NCBI RefSeq assembly: GCF_044324785.1
Contig: NZ_CP172127.1
DNA length: 64,000 nt
Source of the DNA: Escherichia coli
GTDB taxonomy: Bacteria > Pseudomonadota > Gammaproteobacteria > Enterobacterales > Enterobacteriaceae
Strand: one strand, 5' to 3'
In this document: one piece after another, positions 58,499-64,000 of the stretch
Numbering within the stretch: position 1 is the first letter of the stretch
Layout: each line of letters begins with the position of its first letter
The notes under the pieces: generated by a model
Told to the model about the DNA's origin: nothing
Databases searched by the model: none
Seen by the model: only the letters and a program-made list of their open reading frames with translations
Program-made: the position numbers and the translations under genes

Positions 58499-60265
58499 AT
58501 GAATAAATCCCGTCAAAAAGAGTTAACCCGCTGGTTAAAACAGCAAAGCGTCATCTCCCAACGTTGGCTGAATATTTCTCGTCTGCTGGGCTTTGTGAGC
58601 GGCATATTGATCATTGCCCAGGCCTGGTTCATGGCGCGAATTCTGCAACATATGATTATGGAGAATATTCCCCGTGAAGCCCTGCTGCTTCCCTTTACGT
58701 TACTGGTTCTGACCTTTGTACTGCGCGCATGGGTGGTCTGGTTACGCGAACGGGTGGGTTATCACGCCGGGCAGCATATCCGCTTTGCCATCCGCCGTCA
58801 GGTTCTCGACCGTCTGCAACAAGCAGGGCCAGCGTGGATTCAGGGTAAACCGGCGGGGAGCTGGGCGACGCTGGTACTCGAGCAAATTGACGATATGCAT
58901 GATTACTATGCACGCTACCTGCCGCAAATGGCGCTGGCAGTGTCGGTGCCGTTGCTGATTGTGGTAGCTATCTTCCCCTCTAACTGGGCTGCGGCGCTCA
59001 TTCTGCTGGGCACTGCTCCGTTAATTCCGTTGTTTATGGCGCTGGTTGGAATGGGGGCTGCCGATGCTAACCGACGTAACTTTCTCGCTCTTGCTCGCTT
59101 AAGTGGGCATTTTCTCGATCGCCTGCGCGGCATGGAAACATTGCGTATTTTTGGTCGTGGTGAAGCTGAAATTGAAAGTATTCGTTCTGCTTCGGAAGAT
59201 TTCCGCCAACGGACAATGGAAGTGCTACGGCTGGCGTTTTTATCCTCCGGCATTCTCGAATTTTTTACCTCGCTGTCAATTGCTCTGGTGGCGGTCTACT
59301 TTGGTTTTTCCTATCTCGGCGAGCTGGATTTTGGTCACTATGATACTGGCGTGACGCTGGCTGCGGGTTTTCTGGCCCTGATCCTTGCGCCGGAGTTTTT
59401 CCAGCCATTACGCGATCTCGGTACGTTTTATCATGCTAAAGCCCAGGCTGTTGGCGCAGCTGACAGTCTGAAAACGTTTATGGAAACCCCGCTCGCCCAT
59501 CCGCAACGTGGTGAGGCGGAATTAGCATCAACCGATCCGGTGACCATTGAAGCCGAGGATCTGTTTATTACATCACCAGAAGGTAAAACGCTGGCTGGAC
59601 CGCTGAACTTTACTTTGCCAGCAGGCCAACGTGCAGTGTTGGTTGGTCGCAGCGGTTCAGGTAAAAGCTCACTGCTGAACGCGCTTTCTGGTTTTCTCTC
59701 ATATCAGGGATCGCTACGAATCAACGGGATAGAATTACGCGATTTATCACCGGAATCATGGCGTAAGCATCTCTCCTGGGTTGGGCAAAACCCACAATTA
59801 CCGGCAGCAACACTACGGGATAACGTACTACTGGCACGACCTGATGCCAGCGAACACGAGTTACAAACAGCGCTGGATAACGCCTGGGTCAGTGAGTTTC
59901 TACCGCTCCTGCCACAAGGCGTTGATACGCCTGTTGGCGACCAGGCTGCCCGCCTTTCCGTGGGGCAGGCACAGCGCGTGGCGGTGGCCCGAGCATTACT
60001 AAATCCCTGTTCGCTATTACTGTTGGATGAACCCGCTGCCAGCCTTGATGCTCACAGTGAACAGCGCGTAATGGAGGCGCTTAATGCCGCCTCTCTGCGC
60101 CAGACAACGTTAATGGTCACCCACCAGTTAGAAGATCTTGCTGACTGGGATGTCATTTGGGTAATGCAGGATGGTCAGATTATTGAGCAAGGACGTTACG
60201 CGGAATTAAGCGTGGCTGGTGGTCCTTTCGCCACATTGCTGGCCCATCGTCAGGAGGAGATTTAA
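58499..60265 (+). CDS. cydD: Cysteine/glutathione ABC exporter CydD
   Basis: 588 aa; TM domain plus ABC ATPase (Walker [10 protein letters not shown]). Confidence 0.95.
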   Translation: MNKSRQKELTRWLKQQSVISQRWLNISRLLGFVSGILIIAQAWFMARILQHMIMENIPREALLLPFTLLVLTFVLRAWVVWLRERVGYHAGQHIRFAIRRQVLDRLQQAGPAWIQGKPAGSWATLVLEQIDDMHDYYARYLPQMALAVSVPLLIVVAIFPSNWAAALILLGTAPLIPLFMALVGMGAADANRRNFLALARLSGHFLDRLRGMETLRIFGRGEAEIESIRSASEDFRQRTMEVLRLAFLSSGILEFFTSLSIALVAVYFGFSYLGELDFGHYDTGVTLAAGFLALILAPEFFQPLRDLGTFYHAKAQAVGAADSLKTFMETPLAHPQRGEAELASTDPVTIEAEDLFITSPEGKTLAGPLNFTLPAGQRAVLVGRSGSGKSSLLNALSGFLSYQGSLRINGIELRDLSPESWRKHLSWVGQNPQLPAATLRDNVLLARPDASEHELQTALDNAWVSEFLPLLPQGVDTPVGDQAARLSVGQAQRVAVARALLNPCSLLLLDEPAASLDAHSEQRVMEALNAASLRQTTLMVTHQLEDLADWDVIWVMQDGQIIEQGRYAELSVAGGPFATLLAHRQEEI

Positions 60266-61987
60266 ATGCGCGCTTTGCTACCCTATCTGGCACTGTATAA
60301 ACGTCATAAATGGATGTTAAGTCTTGGTATTGTGCTAGCAATTGTCACGCTGCTCGCCAGTATCGGTCTGTTGACACTTTCCGGCTGGTTCCTCTCCGCC
60401 TCAGCGGTAGCGGGGGTTGCCGGACTGTACAGCTTCAACTATATGCTACCCGCTGCGGGCGTGCGTGGCGCAGCAATCATCCGTACTGCCGGGCGCTATT
60501 TTGAACGTCTGGTAAGTCACGACGCGACTTTCCGCGTGTTGCAGCATCTGCGCATTTACACCTTCAGCAAATTGCTGCCCCTCTCCCCTGCCGGACTGGC
60601 GCGCTATCGTCAGGGCGAATTGCTCAACCGCGTGGTGGCGGATGTTGATACGCTCGATCATCTTTACCTGCGCGTTATCTCGCCGCTGGTGGGCGCTTTT
60701 GTGGTGATTATGGTGGTGACAATCGGGTTAAGTTTCCTTGATTTCACCCTCGCCTTTACGCTGGGCGGCATTATGTTACTGACGCTTTTCCTGATGCCAC
60801 CACTGTTTTATCGTGCGGGAAAAAGCACCGGGCAAAATCTGACTCATCTTCGCGGGCAGTATCGCCAACAACTGACGGCCTGGCTGCAAGGGCAAGCTGA
60901 GCTGACCATTTTTGGTGCCAGCGATCGTTATCGCGCGCAGTTAGAGAATACCGAAATTCAGTGGCTGGAAGCGCAACGTCGTCAATCTGAACTCACCGCA
61001 TTGTCGCAAGCGATAATGCTGCTCATTGGCGCGTTAGCGGTGATCCTGATGCTGTGGATGGCGTCTGGCGGCGTTGGCGGCAATGCTCAACCCGGCGCGT
61101 TAATTGCCCTGTTTGTCTTCTGCGCGTTAGCCGCGTTTGAAGCACTGGCACCAGTAACGGGTGCATTTCAGCATCTGGGGCAAGTCATTGCCTCTGCCGT
61201 ACGGATCACTGACTTAACGGATCAAAAACCGGAGGTCACCTTCCCTGATACCCAAACTCGTGTTGTCGATCGCGTTTCGCTGACGTTACGGGATGTTCAG
61301 TTCACTTATCCGGAGCAATCCCAACAGGCACTTAAAGGGATTTCTCTTCAGGTAAACGCCGGAGAACATATAGCGATTCTCGGGCGAACCGGATGCGGCA
61401 AATCAACACTGTTACAACTGCTGACCCGCGCATGGGACCCGCAACAGGGCGAGATTTTGCTTAACGATAGCCCCATAGCCAGCCTGAATGAAGCGACTCT
61501 ACGACAGACCATCAGCGTTGTGCCACAGCGAGTGCATCTGTTTAGCGCCACGCTGCGTGATAATCTGTTACTCGCCTCGCCTGGCAGTAGTGATGAGGCT
61601 CTGGCGGAGATCTTACGTCGCGTTGGTCTGGAGAAGCTGCTCGAGGATGCAGGTCTCAACAGTTGGTTAGGTGAAGGCGGACGCCAGCTCTCCGGTGGTG
61701 AACTACGCCGTCTGGCTATCGCCCGTGCGCTGTTACATAATGCGCCGCTGGTATTGCTGGATGAACCTACAGAAGGCTTAGATGCCACAACCGAAAGTCA
61801 GATCCTTGAATTGCTTGCAGAAATGATGCATGAGAAAACGGTGTTAATGGTCACCCATCGACTTCGCGGACTCTCTCGTTTCCAACAAATAATAGTGATG
61901 GACAACGGGCAAATTATTGAGCAAGGTACTCACGCAGAACTGCTTACCAGACAGGGGCGTTATTACCAGTTTAAGCAGGGTTTGTAA
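60266..61987 (+). CDS. cydC: Cysteine/glutathione ABC exporter CydC
   Basis: 573 aa; Walker A GRTGCGKST, signature LSGGELRR; start abuts the cydD stop. Confidence 0.95.
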   Translation: MRALLPYLALYKRHKWMLSLGIVLAIVTLLASIGLLTLSGWFLSASAVAGVAGLYSFNYMLPAAGVRGAAIIRTAGRYFERLVSHDATFRVLQHLRIYTFSKLLPLSPAGLARYRQGELLNRVVADVDTLDHLYLRVISPLVGAFVVIMVVTIGLSFLDFTLAFTLGGIMLLTLFLMPPLFYRAGKSTGQNLTHLRGQYRQQLTAWLQGQAELTIFGASDRYRAQLENTEIQWLEAQRRQSELTALSQAIMLLIGALAVILMLWMASGGVGGNAQPGALIALFVFCALAAFEALAPVTGAFQHLGQVIASAVRITDLTDQKPEVTFPDTQTRVVDRVSLTLRDVQFTYPEQSQQALKGISLQVNAGEHIAILGRTGCGKSTLLQLLTRAWDPQQGEILLNDSPIASLNEATLRQTISVVPQRVHLFSATLRDNLLLASPGSSDEALAEILRRVGLEKLLEDAGLNSWLGEGGRQLSGGELRRLAIARALLHNAPLVLLDEPTEGLDATTESQILELLAEMMHEKTVLMVTHRLRGLSRFQQIIVMDNGQIIEQGTHAELLTRQGRYYQFKQGL

Positions 61988-62028
61988 GCTATTATTGAAC
62001 GATCCGACTTGCGTGGAGTTTTGCGGTC

Positions 62029-62733
62029 ATGCGCCTGGTTCAGCTTTCTCGCCATTCAATAGCCTTCCCTTCCCCGGAAGGCGCATTACGTGAGCCTAAC
62101 GGCCTGCTGGCACTTGGGGGCGATCTTAGCCCTGCGCGCCTGTTAATGGCTTACCAGCGTGGTATTTTTCCGTGGTTTTCTCCCGGCGACCCCATCCTCT
62201 GGTGGTCGCCCGATCCCCGCGCGGTGCTATGGCCAGAATCACTGCATATCAGCCGTAGTATGAAGCGATTTCATAAACGCTCGCCCTATCGAGTCACGAT
62301 GAATTACGCTTTTGGTCAGGTCATTGAAGGCTGTGCCAGCGATCGCGAAGAAGGAACCTGGATCACGCGTGGCGTGGTCGAAGCCTACCATCGCCTTCAC
62401 GAACTCGGTCATGCCCACTCCATTGAAGTCTGGCGTGAAGATGAGCTTGTCGGCGGTATGTACGGCGTGGCCCAGGGAACGCTATTTTGTGGCGAGTCCA
62501 TGTTCAGCCGGATGGAAAATGCGTCTAAAACGGCGCTTCTGGTATTCTGTGAGGAATTTCTTGGTCATGGCGGTAAACTTATCGACTGCCAGGTCCTTAA
62601 CGATCACACAGCGTCGCTTGGTGCCTGCGAAATTCCCCGCCGGGATTACCTCAATTATCTCAATCAAATGCGCCTCGGACGATTGCCGAATAATTTCTGG
62701 GTACCACGGTGCTTGTTTTCACCACAAGAATGA
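62029..62733 (+). CDS. aat: Leucyl/phenylalanyl-tRNA-protein transferase
   Basis: 234 aa, [49 protein letters not shown]... Confidence 0.95.
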   Translation: MRLVQLSRHSIAFPSPEGALREPNGLLALGGDLSPARLLMAYQRGIFPWFSPGDPILWWSPDPRAVLWPESLHISRSMKRFHKRSPYRVTMNYAFGQVIEGCASDREEGTWITRGVVEAYHRLHELGHAHSIEVWREDELVGGMYGVAQGTLFCGESMFSRMENASKTALLVFCEEFLGHGGKLIDCQVLNDHTASLGACEIPRRDYLNYLNQMRLGRLPNNFWVPRCLFSPQE

Positions 62734-63014
62734 ATGTTTTCGGCACATTTCTCCCCAGAGTGTTATAATTGCGGTCGCAGAGTTGGTTACGCTCATTACC
62801 CCGCTGCCGATAAGGAATTTTTCGCGTCAGGTAACGCCCATCGTTTATCTCACCGCTCCCTTATACGTTGCGCTTTTGGTGCGGCTTAGCCGTGTGTTTT
62901 CGGAGTAATGTGCCGAACCTGTTTGTTGCGATTTAGCGCGCAAATCTTTACTTATTTACAGAACTTCGGCATTATCTTGCCGGTTCAAATTACGGTAGTG
63001 ATACCCCAGAGGAT

Positions 63015-63236
<222 letters not shown>

Positions 63237-63276
63237 TTGTTTTACCGCCTGATGGGCGAAGAGAAAGAACGAGTAA

Positions 63277-63302
63277 AAGGTCGGTTTAACCGGCCTTTTT
63301 AT
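63277..63302 (+). terminator. Rho-independent terminator downstream of infA
   Basis: GGTCGGTTTAACCGGCC hairpin followed by TTTTTATTTT. Confidence 0.7.
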
Positions 63303-63489
63303 TTTGTGATATGTATGAAGTACTTTGGAAGTATAAATCCATAACTTGTCTCGATGTAGATATACTGCACAACTTGTTTACAGTATGAGCAAACAATAAT
63401 TATCATTAAAATTCTTCTTGACCGTTTTACTCCAACTCCCTATAGTAGCGCCCCGTTGCCACCCATGAGGTTTGGCAGCAAAACAATTT

Positions 63490-63577
63490 GGTGAGGTGTC
63501 CGAGTGGCTGAAGGAGCACGCCTGGAAAGTGTGTATACGGCAACGTATCGGGGGTTCGAATCCCCCCCTCACCGCCA
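63490..63577 (+). tRNA. serW: tRNA-Ser (anticodon GGA), 88 nt with long variable arm
   Basis: GGTGAGGTGTCCGAGTGGCTGAAGGAGCACGCCTGGAAAGTGTG...GGTTCGAATCCCCCCCTCACCGCCA; acceptor stem GGTGAGG/CCTCACC; T-loop GGTTCGAATCC. Confidence 0.95.
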
Positions 63578-63583
63578 GATTAT

Positions 63584-63620
63584 AAGCGCATGTTATTGTT
63601 TAACATGCGCTTTTTTATTT
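63584..63620 (+). terminator. Rho-independent terminator after tRNA-Ser
   Basis: AAGCGCATGTTA...TAACATGCGCTT hairpin followed by TTTTTTATTT. Confidence 0.8.
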
Positions 63621-63726
63621 ATCCTTCCGGACAGTATGCCATCGGGTATGCCATCTGAAACCGGTTTATATGCCCCGCGATCATATCTTATCGGACAATT
63701 TCCGATCTTTGAGCATACTGGCAAAG

Positions 63727-64000
63727 CTATACTGCCAGCATGTCAGGATAGTGTTTTGCGATAATATCATTCAGTCTGTCAACCAGTTCTGGTTTCCTGA
63801 ACGTGATGTGTGCGGAGCCCTTCTTAAAGTATCTGATGCTGAACATCTCATCTTCATAGTCCTCTTTACCCTGAACAGACTGGATGTGGTCATCCAGACG
63901 AAGGGTGATGTTTTCCCGGTTGTCGGGGATCGGTTTGCCGCTGAACAGGTGCAGCATTCTTTCCAGGTCGGCAAGTCGATCTACCTGGTGCCCGGTGATA
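63727..64000 (-). CDS. 3' end of an unidentified gene entering from beyond the window; not the clpA expected at this position from my recollection of K-12
   Basis: Open frame to the window edge ending ...SIRYFKKGSAHITFRKPELVDRLNDIIAKHYPDMLAV; frame and extent are uncertain because two overlapping minus-strand frames are open here. Confidence 0.35.
   Translation of the reverse strand, partial: ITGHQVDRLADLERMLHLFSGKPIPDNRENITLRLDDHIQSVQGKEDYEDEMFSIRYFKKGSAHITFRKPELVDRLNDIIAKHYPDMLAV

Overview
Enterobacterial (E. coli-like) chromosomal segment running mukF' - smtA - elyC - ycbJ - kdsB - ycaR - ycaQ - lpxK - msbA - ycaI - ihfB - rpsA - cmk - ycaL - aroA - serC - ycaP - ycaO - focA - pflB - pflA - [accessory cluster] - ycaM - ycaD - ycaC - dmsCBA - serS - rarA - lolA - [IS150] - ftsK - lrp - trxB - cydDC - aat - infA - serW. 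Gene calls rest on reading the six-frame translations against remembered protein families; no database search was run. Relative to the E. coli K-12 gene order as I recall it, three things stand out. (1) Where K-12 has ycaN-ycaK between pflA and ycaM, this window has a roughly 13-14 kb, mostly AT-rich accessory locus, all on the minus strand: an EAL phosphodiesterase, a GGDEF diguanylate cyclase, a short BcsA-type synthase with a PilZ domain, a BcsB-like gene and a BcsC-like TPR/outer-membrane protein. This is the best candidate for an undescribed system: a self-contained c-di-GMP-gated exopolysaccharide module. (2) The BcsB-like gene is split by a complete IS2 (1331 bp, 5-bp GAGAT target duplication); the reading frame is continuous across the excision junction, so the disruption looks recent. 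(3) An IS150 copy sits between the ftsK stop and the lolA start, and the sequence beyond serW is not clpA. FtsK also carries a 39-bp tandem repeat array in its linker.
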